A stretch of 63,358 nt of DNA, counting the filler, from Licmophora abbreviata (taxonomy: Eukaryota), in assembly GCA_900291995.1 (NCBI GenBank). It is 10 parts of 10 records of this genome, joined end to end, with 100 filler letters (N's around TTAATTAATTAA, not from the genome) between each part and the next. Parts side by side here need not be neighbours in the genome. Positions count along the whole stretch, not along the records: positions 46,793 to 57,812 come from OLMU01003660.1; positions 57,913 to 58,919 come from OLMU01003661.1; positions 59,020 to 61,762 come from OLMU01003662.1; 7 more parts are not named here. The stretch is one strand, 5' to 3'. A program made the translations under genes and the position numbers. The notes under the pieces are model-generated. The model did no database searches and had not been told where the DNA came from. It worked only from the letters and a program-made list of their open reading frames with translations. Shown one piece after another: positions 46,918 to 59,539 of this stretch; positions within the stretch are counted from its first letter, which is position 1; each line of letters starts with the position of its first letter.

Positions 46918-48174
46918 ATGAGCACCACCATCTGGCGAAAGAGTGAGATCCGGAGGGACACGGAGCTTCAAAAGAAGAAGCTCGTCCATTTCGTGCCTCA
47001 CCACCTGACATCACTACAAAACATGAGAACACTCGAGATTCGACGTGTCGTCGATGAAGGCTCCTTCAGTACGATTTTTGAGGTTGTTACTCTTCCACAG
47101 GGTGGTAATCTAGTGGAAGAATTGCAGCACAGAAAGCTCTACGCCGTCAAGACTCTCAAGCTGGTAGATCATCTTCCATTTCCAGAGGCGGCAGCAAGGA
47201 GTCTGGCATTGGAAGCCAGAATCGTCTCTGACCTGGACCACGACAACATCATTCGCCTCCACGATACAGGAACATCCCATGTAACTCCTTTCAACGTTCC
47301 TTTTTTGGTTCTTGACTTGTTAGTGATGACTCTTGACCAGAAGATTGTGCAATGGAAACAAGATATAGAGAAGTCTTTCGTTCGACAGCCGTCGGCTATA
47401 CGAAGATTGATCGGATCCATGTGCTCCGGAAATCATGGTTCCATGGGAACACTGGACAGCTCAAGATCCGACGAAAGTCATCCGGCCTCCCAGGGGACGA
47501 GCTCGACGGGGAACGAGCCTCCTAGGCTCCGATCCGTGTCGAGTTTCTCCTCCATTTCAGAAATGTCGGTGGAAGACAGCCCAAGACCTTCGGGACATTC
47601 CATGCTGCTTGATCGATTGAAGGTGGCAGCACTTGGCATTGCTCGTGGCGTCGAGTATCTACACGATCGAAAGCACATCCTGCACCGAGATCTCAAGCCC
47701 CCGAACATTGGCTTCGACGCCAATGGCCAAGTCAAAATTTTCGATTTCAATCTCTCCCGTCGCTTCAACCCTGGCCACGGCTCTGTTCACCATCGCCTCA
47801 CGGAAGCGGTGGGCACTCAGAGATATATGGCACCAGAGGTCTCCCGCCTCGAATGTTGCACCCCCGCTTCTGATGTGTATTCTTTCGCGATTATTACATA
47901 TGAAATTTGTTCCTTGAAACGCCCTTTCAACTACCCCACAGTTGGCAGTATCAAACGCAGAGCTCTGAGTGGAGAGCGCCCTTCCCTCAAACATGTTCAA
48001 AGTGAGTCCCTGCGCAGCATGCTCTCTCTAGCATGGGCACCTTCCCGTCATGCCCGCCCCACCATGCATACAATCCGAAAGAGGCTGGAAAACGATCTCG
48101 TTGACCATCCCAAGCTTTCTCTGATTCATAAAAAACACACCACCGACGGCGTGAATGGAGCTCCGTCACCTTGA
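46918..48174 (+). CDS. Protein kinase (TKL-like, diatom-expanded type)
   Basis: EGSFSTIFEV, YAVKTL, HRDLKPPNIGF, KIFDFN, GTQRYMAPE and SDVYSF. Start uncertain near the contig edge. Confidence 0.88.
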   Translation: MSTTIWRKSEIRRDTELQKKKLVHFVPHHLTSLQNMRTLEIRRVVDEGSFSTIFEVVTLPQGGNLVEELQHRKLYAVKTLKLVDHLPFPEAAARSLALEARIVSDLDHDNIIRLHDTGTSHVTPFNVPFLVLDLLVMTLDQKIVQWKQDIEKSFVRQPSAIRRLIGSMCSGNHGSMGTLDSSRSDESHPASQGTSSTGNEPPRLRSVSSFSSISEMSVEDSPRPSGHSMLLDRLKVAALGIARGVEYLHDRKHILHRDLKPPNIGFDANGQVKIFDFNLSRRFNPGHGSVHHRLTEAVGTQRYMAPEVSRLECCTPASDVYSFAIITYEICSLKRPFNYPTVGSIKRRALSGERPSLKHVQSESLRSMLSLAWAPSRHARPTMHTIRKRLENDLVDHPKLSLIHKKHTTDGVNGAPSP

Positions 48175-50428
48175 CCCAAGCATGATATAAGTCTTTTGAA
48201 AAGTACATAGAGCACACCAATTTTAGGCAACTCTTTTGTAATTGGTACTGTCGTCAGTATAGAGAATACTTGTACTCGAGCAAATTGTGTGTTGGGGTCG
48301 CGGTGCTATCGGCAATCTTAATCATTCTACCAGTTGTAATGCCGAGGGGGTGCCACTCCTCTCACTCTATGAACGCCGTCGCTCACCTGACCCGTGGGGA
48401 CTCTCGATCCTTGGACGCAGAGGTGGGTCGCTCGGACGATGTCCCAATGGGCCCTCATGTGAGCGTTGGCATCATGTCAACAATACATAGTAGGGTCTCC
48501 CGCTATTGTCAGCGAGCAGGCCCGACAGTCCTTCACCAAGATGTTTCTTCTCTGCCGGTGAGACATCGAAAGCACGATTTAGTTTGAGATCACGAAAGAA
48601 GCGAGATGATGCGATTGCTCCGTAAGGCACGCCTCAAGGTTTCCTCATATTTCTTTTTCTCTTTGCGTGCGCTGCAAATAGTTTTTAGCAGTAGACAAAG
48701 AGGGTACCTGGTAGATCCTGCCAAACTACAACAGTATTCAAGGTGAGTACTTCTACGACACCCTTAGGCTCTTTTCCATCAGCAAGCCTGTGGTACCATA
48801 GAAACCTCCAACATCGCTGCAAACGACATGACCTAACTGTACCTCGGTAGACTCGAGAGCTTAAACCAAGTATCCTTCTTGTCTCCCTTGTCAGGCAGGT
48901 CCTACCCAGTTGTCTAAAATGGTCATGTGAAACCTGGTACTTTTCCAACACAGTGCGCCATCGAACCGAACCATAATTTCCAACCGAGCGGTAGTCACAT
49001 TCTCCTGGTTGTGTTCTAAACTGGGTGAATCCATTTAGGCCCAAATAAGCTTCGTACGGCGCACAGCAAGTAAAGCCGGGGCCCTAACCGCAATGGATGG
49101 ACTCATTTTAGACTTGAGATGGCAGGGGGACAAAAAGCTGGAATTTTCTGGTAGCTTTTTTACCTGTGATGCGAAAAATCAAAAGAAAATATAAAAAGAT
49201 GCTTTTGTACACACTATCAAAATAAGAAACGCCTCTAAGCTATTCTTGTGCACCGGGCAATTGATCATATTTGTCTTTCATCGACGAGCGAATAGCATAA
49301 GATCAATGTTTCCTGCACTTGAATTTAATGTCGTAACAACGAGAGCAAATTGAATCCTCGAAAGGAACGCAGGTGTTTACAAAGCTTGCTGATCGCCGAC
49401 TCTTGTGCACTTAGACCTACATCACACTTTAGGTGAATTGTAAGTCACAAAAAGCGAGGAGGAAAATAATGTCATGAAAGCTGCGCTTTTTCCTTTCAGA
49501 CCTGTGGAAATCACTTGTCAAGTTCATCTATTGGATTTTAACATGCCATCTGCATCCACAAAAGGAATCTTCGAGGACGAAAATGAAACTCAACAAAAAT
49601 GTCCTCATGTCTTATATAGCATTTATCCATTGACCTTTTGGTGCACATAACTGAGTTCCAAGGTCACTGGTCAATAAATATATGCAGTCTATTTCACCTG
49701 AGATGAGAAAATGGCCCAATCTGATGTAACAATGCCTGCCTTTGGAGAAGCCAGCAGAGTCGACATAATAGAATAAATGTCAAGAAATTTGATTTGATGA
49801 AAAGAATTCCAAGTATATCATAGACTATGGTGGAAGCCGTATAAACGAAAACGAAGAGGCGAGAATGCTAAATGATTAGCTCAAATGCTGTAGTGGGGAA
49901 CGGAGAGGCGTGATGCTGCTGAAAGAGTCTCAATGGTCCTGCGGAGACGCTCATTTGGGTCTTGCGGAGACGCTCATTTGGAGTATCATAGAGGTAGACA
50001 TAGTCAATGACTTGAACGACAAAAAGGATGGTGATTCAATCGATTCTGAGAAGCGAGAAGACTTTGGGGATCGGGGAAGAGGAGCGAAACCCTGACACAA
50101 GCGACACCACTCCCGGTAGTCAATGAACGACTTTTCTAAATTTCGTCTCATCTCCTCACAAGCTTCTAAAATCGTTCCTCAAAATACTCTTTTCTGCATC
50201 GCGAGCAAAAATCTGTTGCAGACGTATCGACGGACGTTCTGGAATGGGGAAGAAACCCGGAGACCGTCAACAACCGAATTCCAATTTTTGGATCTTTCGC
50301 TGTGTGAGGATGGGTACATTTCGTCGTATACACTCTGGATTTGGTCGAGTTGCATCCATAAAAGCTTGTATAACCATAACACATCAGTCCGTACTCAAGG
50401 CAGCATCACTGTGGCCGGTTCCGTCTCT

Positions 50429-52352
50429 ATGCTTCCCTCCATTGTAAGTGCTATTGACGCGCAAACGCAGGGGGCGCCTTGGTGTGTGAGGGAGTGGTGA
50501 ATTTCCAACTGAGGGCTGTTGTCGGTTGCCGACTTGCGATCAAAATATGAGAATTCCATGTGGGGCTTGTTTTCTTTTCTCCATTATGTCTGGCACTGCC
50601 GTGCATTTCCTTTTGTCTACAGCGGCGCCTGACTCTAGAAATGCTCCTGTTTCAATCGCGTCTCTCAATCTGTTCTTCTTGTACTCTCAGGAACCTAGTG
50701 ACGTCGGAACGACGGGACTAGTTTGGTTGTTCCTCTCGTACGGCTATGTTCTGTACTTTGCTTCCAACTTGATTTCAGAGGGGTCCGATCTCCTCTTGCT
50801 CGTACCGTCCATGGCTGGACTGGTCGGGAGCGTGGTTCTTCCTTTGCTTGGCGCCGTACCGGATGGAGCCATCATGCTCTTCTCGGGTCTAGGAGACATC
50901 GAGACAGCCCAGGAGACTCTTTCTGTGGGAGTTGGTGCGCTAGCAGGGTCCACCATCATGCTGCTCACTGTGCCCTGGGCGTTAAGTGTCTACGCAGGGA
51001 GGGTTGATCTCGACGAGGAGGGGAAGCCAAACTACCTTGGAAAGCCAAAAATATCTCCCAAGGCAAGTGCCTGGGAAGACGCCAAGAAAACGGGAGTGTC
51101 CCTTACAGAGGCCGTCCAGCATGGTGGCGCTGTCATGATGATCACCACCATCCCATATTTTCTTATCCAGGGTCCTGCATTTTTTATCCATGGACCCTCG
51201 GAGGAGCTAGCAGAGGGCGAGAAATACTGGGCTTTGGCTGGATTCTTCGTTTGTATCATCGGATTCGTCTCGTATCTCTCTCTCCAGCTATACATCTCCC
51301 GCAGAGGCATGGACAAGGGAAGGCGCATGGCTGTCGTGCGGAAACTCCTTCAGGCTGGGCGTGTATCACTCCTGGGGGCCCTTGCTGCTGACGTGCAAAT
51401 GCAGGAGGAGAAGTTGTCGCAGGTCGATAGTCAGTATCAGTCGCTAGACGCGACGGGGGACCATCTCTATCCGCCGCCACAGGTGGCAGACTACCTTAAG
51501 GAAATCCTCCGAGAAGCGTTCATCCGATACGATGTAGATGCAAACGGAAAGCTGGACCAAAAAGAGGTTCAAACCTTCTTCAGGGACTTCCACGAGGATA
51601 TTTCGGATGATGAGATGACCGAGCTTTTTGCGAAATTCGACACGAACGGCGACGGAACCATCTCCTTTGACGAGTTCATCGGTGCATGCTACACCTTCAT
51701 CATGGATCACACTGCTAGCACGAACAACGGAAAGAAAAAGCAAAAGGGGAGGGAAGCATCCGACAATGAAGCCCAATCGGAGATCGAGACAGCCATATTC
51801 TCACAATCAAATGAAGAGGAGGAGGAAGAGGTCCCCGAGGAGTTGGTCGACCTCGACCCGGAAGCTCAGCAGGCGGCAATCAAAAAGAAAGCTTTTCTAA
51901 TGCTGTTCATTGGCACATCGCTTGTCATCGTTTTTTCTGATCCCATGGTTGATGTGATGCAGCAGATTGCGGTCGAGTTGAATATGTCGCCGTTTTACGT
52001 TTCTTTCATTCTGGCCCCGCTTGCGTCTAATGCAAGCGAAGTGATTGCTAGTCAGTACTATGCCGCAAAAAAGACCCGAAAGACGATGACGGTATCCTTG
52101 ACGGCGTTGGAGGGGGCCGCTTCAATGAATAACACCTTTTGTCTGTCCATCTTTATGGGTCTTATCTACTTTCGAGGCCTCGCGTGGCAGTACACGGCAG
52201 AGACACTTGCGATCCTGCTTGTTGAATTCATCATTGGAACGGTGGTCGTAAGGCTCAACGTCATGAGTGGGGTGACAGCATTGGTCGTTCTATCTATTTT
52301 CCCACTGAGTATTGCCTTTGTTGCCACCATGGAGGCATTTGGTTTTGATTGA
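50429..52352 (+). CDS. EF-hand-containing Na+/Ca2+ exchanger-like protein (NCL/EFCAX); probable 15-nt first coding exon and intron 50444-50690
   Basis: LPLLGAVPDG, GALAGSTIMLLT, two EF-hands (DVDANGKLDQKE, DTNGDGTISFDE), FSDPMVD and PLASNASE. ATGCTTCCCTCCATT|gtaagt...ctcag|GAA is in frame. Confidence 0.88.
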
Positions 52353-52603
52353 TGTATCATTCGTGTGATGAATGCATCTCAATGGCGTTGAGGACGGGAA
52401 ACAGCAATTAGTTTTAAGCTGACGGAGTTTTTCTTTCGCGTTGTAGATTCGCGACAACTATCGCGAATCAAACGAAACGAACCACTACCACTGATAAAAC
52501 ATAAACATGAAACTTGTGAAGTTAATTTGGTTTCTTAGGGAATCTGGGTCTGAACTCACCGGCATGACCCGTGAGAACCGGCAACAACACATATCTTTAC
52601 GGT

Positions 52604-53933
52604 CTACTTGTTCACAAAGTCAACCCCCTTCTGGATCTGGTTCTGCAAGTCAGGCAACATCTTGTCGAACCATGCCTGCTCGTAGGGTGACAATTCACCA
52701 TACGGAAGAACCTCTTCCACTCCATTCTTCCCGAACTTGCATGGCGTCGCAAAGAAGGGAGCATCGGTCAAGGAGTTTTCAACAAACGCACACTGCACGA
52801 CATCCTGCTCGCCGCGCATGGCCTTGAGGACATTCTCTGCGAACAAGTAGCCAGCGTACGCCATCGACAAGGTGGCACTACCCGCGCCGGCCTTGGCCTT
52901 GACGACTTCGTCTCCGCCAAACTGCGTTCGAACCGTCAAAGCATCGAGTTCGGCATCGGAAGTCTGAAACCCAGGGACTTGGGAGAAGAGTGGTAGAATG
53001 GTGATTCCAGCATGTCCTCCAACGACAGTGACATTGACGTCCTTCGGGTCCCATCCCTGGGATGCCGCCACAAAGGTATTCGCACGAACGACATCAAGTG
53101 TAGTGACACCACATAGCTTCTTGGGATCGTATACGCCCTTCTTCTTCAAGACCTCAGCCGCAATCGGAACGGTCGAGTTGACGGGGTTGCTGATGATGGC
53201 CAAGACAGCTTCAGGACAGAACTCAGCACAGCCCTCCACGAGATTCTTCACAATGGAGGCGTTAGTGCTGCGATGGACAGGGCCGAGCGAAGCGACAAAC
53301 AATGAGTGAATCTCCAATCAGGAACAACAGGGACATGTTTTCACTATCCCTCCAGCATGTACTCACTTGAAGAGATCGTCGCTGTACAGTATTGTAGTAA
53401 ACAGGAAAATAAAAAGAGTGTCAGCATCAATTTCATGTTACGACCGTACATTCATCATGCTTGATTGACTGACCGTGTCATGCCCGGCTTACGAGGAACA
53501 CCAGCGGGAATGACGACAACATCTGCACCAGTCAAGGCCTCCCCCAGGCCTTCGTTGGAGCGGGGAGGCCACGCGCCCGGATGGGGCAAAGCACCGATCA
53601 TAGAAGTCTTGGTGGGGATCTGTGTGACGGGACCAGGGGGGCATGTGTGGGAGAGCGTGAGTAAAGTGCTAAAACGCCGAAACTCTTCCCTCTTCCAGGC
53701 ATCCACAAACTTACATGACTTAAATCAGCAGCCACACCGGGAGTACCCACGATATCATAGCAGGATAGGACATCGACTTCCGGAGACAACTTCATGAGAA
53801 GGGAAAGAGGCTGCCCGATTCCCCCGGCGGCTCCGAGCACCGCGACCTTGGCAGATGCGTGTTTCGACGCATGAAAGCCCCGTCGGGCAGTTGCTCCGAC
53901 GAGTGTACGAGCAGCAGAGCGAGAAGCAAACAT
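52604..53933 (-). CDS. MDH2: Mitochondrial NAD-malate dehydrogenase; exons 53715-53933, 53474-53619, 53367-53381, 52604-53267
   Basis: Presequence, [35 protein letters not shown] after splicing, [15 protein letters not shown] and GSATLSMA. Exons total 1044 nt in frame. Confidence 0.95.
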
Positions 53934-54637
53934 AGAGAAAAGTTCTTTGTATCACAAAGAATGACGAGGGTGGACGTGAGCATGATGAGTGCAGAGCAAG
54001 AAGAAACGAAAATATGGATCGCGTCCATACTTCAGCTACGCCTCCGGAAGATTGACTCTCATCTGTGGCAAGCTTCGCGTTTCTGGTCCAATCGAGGGTT
54101 TTGACACTCGCTTGCTCGTCTCCCACAGCACCAGTATGGCATTGGGCGAGTATGAGAACCGAAGTAGACTTAATAGGGAGAACTTGACGTCGGAAAGCCA
54201 TTCAGAATCAATCCTTTTCGAGCTAAAATATCTAGCGCCTCCACGAAAAGATCCGGCGCGTCGATCGTTGGCCATCTGCGGGACACGCACAAGGCATTTC
54301 ACGGCCTTTGGACTCTCTACACTCCTTCCATTCACTCATAGACACTTAAAGGACACCGCAGAGTCCCAATACAGTGCGACACAGTGATTCTTTTGGCTTA
54401 CCTTGCCCTGGTAAACAGCTGGTGAGTGTTGATGTGATGATGTTGTTGAGCGATGATGCCGCGGTTTTTTTTCTTCTTCCAAAGATCGCGCGGGTGGTTG
54501 GAAACTGCGCGGTAGACGGACGATGGACGGGCTGGAGTGCTCTCGTCGCGCGCAGGAGCACATGGTGGCGCGCAAGAATAAGTTTCAAACTCAGACTGAC
54601 GGTCGGCTGTGTATCTACGAGTAGGTATCGGACTACA

Positions 54638-54658
54638 GTGTGTGTGTGTGTGTGTGTG
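54638..54658. repeat. (GT)n microsatellite
   Basis: About ten GT units seen directly. Confidence 0.85.
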
Positions 54659-54734
54659 GCAGGTTGTTTTAGAAGCTGAGACCTTGGACCACAGAAGGCC
54701 AGCACTACATCAAGGTAGGGATCTATTGCTCCTA

Positions 54735-55580
54735 TCAGAGCGGACGCCGTAGGGCGAAAGTGATGCATCCGTTTGGATCCTTATGGGAAGTGTGGTCCTC
54801 GGGTGGTGGTCCCGTACGGACACGGATGACGGTGAACCAGTGTCCTGATTTGACATCAGAGCCCGAGAAGGATGGGATGACTAGGATAGGAGCTTGGGTG
54901 GGCGGCAAATGTGGTCTCGTGTATTGTAGGAAATGCGGAGTCATGATTGAGTCGTCCTTGATTATTCCATTCCGGAAATGTTTCTGATTCATATCGTTGT
55001 TCCATCCGCGTTTGTGTAGGCACCATAGAAAGTATGGATGCAAGAGGTACGCATGCATTGCTGTGACCTGGGGTTGCGGCATCACAAGTTTTAGAAAGGC
55101 GGCGACGTGGTGACCATTCAGCATGTAGGTGGATTGAAGGAATGCAGTAGGGATGGCTTGTTGTAGGGGTGGGATGGTCGTGGGAGCACTCCTCATGACT
55201 TCCTCTAGGTGGACAATATTGCTCGACGGTTGCAGTGGAGTGCTGGATGCGTTGGAGGGTAGATTGTTTGTGTCCGTAGGCCGTAGCGGTAAGGTCGCTG
55301 GTTGAAGGACGAAAGCTGATGTTGGAGGCGTGCACTGTTTTCGTTTTGGTCGAACGGAAGCTGGATCTGCCGTTGTATCATATCTCAGGACATGTGAGTT
55401 GCCAAAAGTAGCTGAGCGGTGTTGTTGGGTTGATAGCTGAGTGTCATGATCAGTGTGGGCCATCATGAGGGTAGCAAGACGGTGTTGTTCCTGTTTGTGG
55501 TGTCGCTTCTTTCGATTGGTGTTGCCCTTCCGTGTCTTGGGACTTTGCAGTACAGTAAGCGCTTTGCTAAACGTGCCCAT
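54735..55580 (-). pseudogene. Truncated Ulp1/C48-protease-like ORF, possibly a transposon remnant
   Basis: YMLNGHHVAAFL...HPYF...ILVIP...GHWFTV resembles the N-terminal half of Ulp1-type proteases. The frame ends before any catalytic Asp or QxxxxxCG motif. Confidence 0.35.
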
Positions 55581-55692
55581 TTAAAGTCATGGACTAGTAG
55601 GCGCCTAACATCGAAACACCGTCGAGCGCCGGGTTCCAACTTACTAACCTGTGTGCGAGCCTGGTCGAATTCCTAGGACAACAGTGCCGATA

Positions 55693-57390
55693 TTATGTCC
55701 ATCCTTCTTCGGATGTCAAGGACTTATCTTCGCCTGATAGTAGCTTGTGATCTGCGTCTTGGAGAGCAGATGCAGGGCGGCCAGTGTCTAGCGCAGCCTC
55801 GGTCGCCGCGTCGTACTCCGCCATGCATTCCACAATGTGCTGGGCCGATATAACCCCAACGTCCCAGAGCGAAAGAAGATGCAGGTGAAAATTACCACGA
55901 AAGTCGTACATCCTGAGCTTTGCAGCATTTCCTCGGACAAAGGCAGCGCAGCGCCATGGAATAGAGCGATCCGATATGTTTGAGTGCGTCGTGATGAACC
56001 GATTCCATAGGTTCATAAATTGCTTTGCTTGAGGTGAAACGTCATTGAATTCTGCTAGGAGCTCTTCGCTTATCTTGTGCCTCCATCCGCACTCGGGCTC
56101 GTCGTCACTATCGACTTCCCAATCTCCGTCCAGCATAGGCACGTACACATTGGAGTGATAGTATTGGCGAATTGGAGTGGGGTCGTTACGAACAAAGCAA
56201 TTAGTACAGGCCTCACCCGTCCCCTTGTCTGTTAGGCATCGTATCGTATTTCGTCTTTCCACCAGAGGCAGTGTCGCCGCCTTTCCAGTTGGCCTTTGGA
56301 CGAAAGGCACTACACCCAATAAGTTGTTTCTCTTATTGGACACAAACACAAAGTCCAGCAAGTGATCGTCGTGTGTATCACAGAAAGGGGCAACGGCACA
56401 TGGTTTAACCAAAACATGCAGCGCCCCATGATCGCTTCGCACAGCTCGAAAACTTAGATCAGTTCCGTGAGCCGCAGTCAAATGCGATAACAAGCCAGTA
56501 TCTGTCATAGCGTTGTCGTTGCAAATGGGACAACGTCGGTCCGTGCGAGGTTCTACCTGCGCAACAGGGAGCGCTGACTGTGAATCCCAAAACAAGAAAT
56601 GAAAGAATACGTTCCTCCCCTGTGTAGGGATACATCCATCGTTGCGTTCAAGACTAGATGATGGCGCAGGCTCGTCTGCAACGTTTTCAAATGCATCAAC
56701 GTCAGTAGTGCAACCAGCGTCCGAAGTCGACTGCTGCGAGAGCGACTGCGTCTGTATCGATGTGGGCGAGTCGCGCTGTCCGCGACAATCGATGCTGCAT
56801 TCGACTAGACCACGCAGCGGCAAGTCCATACCAACTTTCGATATATCTGCTGCGCTCCGCTTTCGAATCTTAGGTGACGACTTGTGGGCAGTACAATTGT
56901 TTGCAAAGGGATCGCTCTCAGACCCGTTCCCACGATGGCCGTATCGCCTGTAAGCAGCACTATCTAGCGCCAAACGCTCGTGTCGTCCTTCCGAATTGTC
57001 GTCGTATACTACCTTGGCTATCAGATATTTTCTTGTTCGCTTTCGAGGTGTCGAGAGAAAGGCATCGTTGTACATTCTGGTCTTGTGCTTGAAACAAACA
57101 TATAGAAGATTCAACGTGCCGTTCTTCTTGCGAAAATGAGCAATAGCATCACTCGTGTGTGGCTTCACAATCCCATTGATTTCCGCCCTTCGCTTCGGCG
57201 GTCTATCCTCCAGCACACGAATGTACTCGAGTGATCGTCGTAGAAACGGCATGCAATGTCTCGGTTGCTTCACATGTCGTATGACTTCCCCACTGTTGAT
57301 TGCCAGCGCCGTCAGGTAAATATGAAACCACAATACTTCGAATTGTTTTGCCAGTAAGGCGGGAGCCTGGTAAGTCTGCTGAAAATCCAT
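55693..57390 (-). CDS. SUZ12: SUZ12/VEFS-box Polycomb PRC2 subunit
   Basis: N-terminal PFLRRSLEY, C2H2 finger (CPIC...LSHLTAAH) and VEFS box (RQYYHS...EVDSDDE...EFNDVS...FMNLWNRF...FHLHLLSLWDVG). The 5' exon structure is uncertain. Confidence 0.85.
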   Translation of the reverse strand: MDFQQTYQAPALLAKQFEVLWFHIYLTALAINSGEVIRHVKQPRHCMPFLRRSLEYIRVLEDRPPKRRAEINGIVKPHTSDAIAHFRKKNGTLNLLYVCFKHKTRMYNDAFLSTPRKRTRKYLIAKVVYDDNSEGRHERLALDSAAYRRYGHRGNGSESDPFANNCTAHKSSPKIRKRSAADISKVGMDLPLRGLVECSIDCRGQRDSPTSIQTQSLSQQSTSDAGCTTDVDAFENVADEPAPSSSLERNDGCIPTQGRNVFFHFLFWDSQSALPVAQVEPRTDRRCPICNDNAMTDTGLLSHLTAAHGTDLSFRAVRSDHGALHVLVKPCAVAPFCDTHDDHLLDFVFVSNKRNNLLGVVPFVQRPTGKAATLPLVERRNTIRCLTDKGTGEACTNCFVRNDPTPIRQYYHSNVYVPMLDGDWEVDSDDEPECGWRHKISEELLAEFNDVSPQAKQFMNLWNRFITTHSNISDRSIPWRCAAFVRGNAAKLRMYDFRGNFHLHLLSLWDVGVISAQHIVECMAEYDAATEAALDTGRPASALQDADHKLLSGEDKSLTSEEGWT

Positions 57391-58183
57391 GTGGGTAGCT
57401 TTATCAGGGCAATCAACGCAGTTCAATGATGGAACGACACTCTGAAGTCCCTTGTTATTTTCGATTACGCAACGTAATTTGGTACGACGACTGGGCAGTC
57501 TTCAATCTCGGTCGTCTCGCTGTTTCTGGACAGCCTCGTCGCTTCACGCCACACTCTAGTTGCTTGGGATCGTACGTATGGCAAGGAATCTTCCCAGAAC
57601 CTTAAGGCGGCAATGTTGAATGGCTGAATATTCTTCCGTCGGGGTGTTTGCATGGCCCCATCTTTGGTATCGGACTACGAGGTACGATATACGTACTCGT
57701 ATGCACCTTAAACGAGTAGCTAGTACAATTTCTACGCAAAGCTCGTGGCCGCCCGTGGGATGTAGTACTAAGTCTACGTAAGAAAAGCGCAACAGAATTT
57801 ATATGCTTACTCNNNNNNNNNNNNNNNNNNNNNNNNNNNNNNNNNNNNNNNNNNNNTTAATTAATTAANNNNNNNNNNNNNNNNNNNNNNNNNNNNNNNN
57901 NNNNNNNNNNNNGAAGCATCTTATCACTACGCCGTTGATAGGTGTAGCGCCGGTTGATTCGACATGAGGGGAGAAGTGTTCAAACCGGTCGGGGTGCAAG
58001 GAATAACACGTTTCGTTAAGTAAATGGGGATCTCGAAAACTGCCCCAGCTTTTGCATTGAAACTTCCCCCATGTTTGCTTCTCGGTCTGCTGGTTCAGAA
58101 TCGTCGTCGGAATGGGGGGTCATACTCCCATGCTTCACCTTCACCGGCATCTGTGGCTCCTCTCCAACAAAATCTGAGTCAAT

Positions 58184-58918
<735 letters not shown>

Positions 58919-59405
58919 CNNNNNNNNNNNNNNNNNNNNNNNNNNNNNNNNNNNNNNNNNNNNTTAATTAATTAANNNNNNNNNNNNNNNNNNNNNNNNN
59001 NNNNNNNNNNNNNNNNNNNACGAAATTTTTTCAAAGGCAAACGCGTCACAAACAAAAAACCAATTCTACCTTTCAACCTCAAATCAGCTTACATACCGTT
59101 TATATTCATCGCTACAGAAACGCAATGATCTATGGCGTCCGTCCCCCCCCTGTTACGTACATGCATGGTAGATAGCTACAGTATGATGATATGATACTGG
59201 AGTATATAATAAGTATGTGATTCTATACGGTATTCGTGTTTGTATGTATGGAGGCGCGAAATGGATAGCGAGGGAGCCAATGAAATTGCAGATGCGCGAT
59301 TTTGAGAAGAGCCTCAGGATTTCCTGCGCGCCCCTTGTACGAGAGTACTGGAGACGAGGATTGATTCTGTTGTCAACATTTCGCGGGAGTTTACTTGTAC
59401 AAGTA

Positions 59406-59433
59406 AAAATACAAAATACAAAATACAAAATAC
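59406..59433 (+). repeat. (AAAATAC)4 tandem repeat upstream of ATP12
   Basis: Four perfect heptamer copies. Confidence 0.85.
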
Positions 59434-59539
59434 GCTGTTTGTGTCATACCTCGCCTCTCTGTGTCTGCTGCCGTCGTTGCTCTCCTTGTCGTTGTCGTGT
59501 TGCTTCTCGTCGACCGCGACCCAGGCCATTTCTTGCATT

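Noticed and set aside
52561..52575. Plus-strand GMTRE resembling the MDH motif GMTRD just past the MDH stop
   Set aside because: Five residues on the opposite strand with no flanking similarity; the real motif is accounted for by the micro-exon.
30248..57390. Chromatin gene 'cluster' (H1, p300/CBP, SUZ12, plus JmjC)
   Set aside because: Only H1 and the HAT share a contig; the others are separated by artificial joins.
57465..57653. Upstream 62-aa ORF as the first exon of SUZ12
   Set aside because: The one nearby splice path I tested hits a stop, and the ATG at 57390 already precedes the conserved N-terminal motif; unresolved without cDNA.
57941..57970. tRNA-like start (GGTGTAGCGC...TTCGA)
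   Set aside because: Cannot be folded into a cloverleaf with correct arm spacing.
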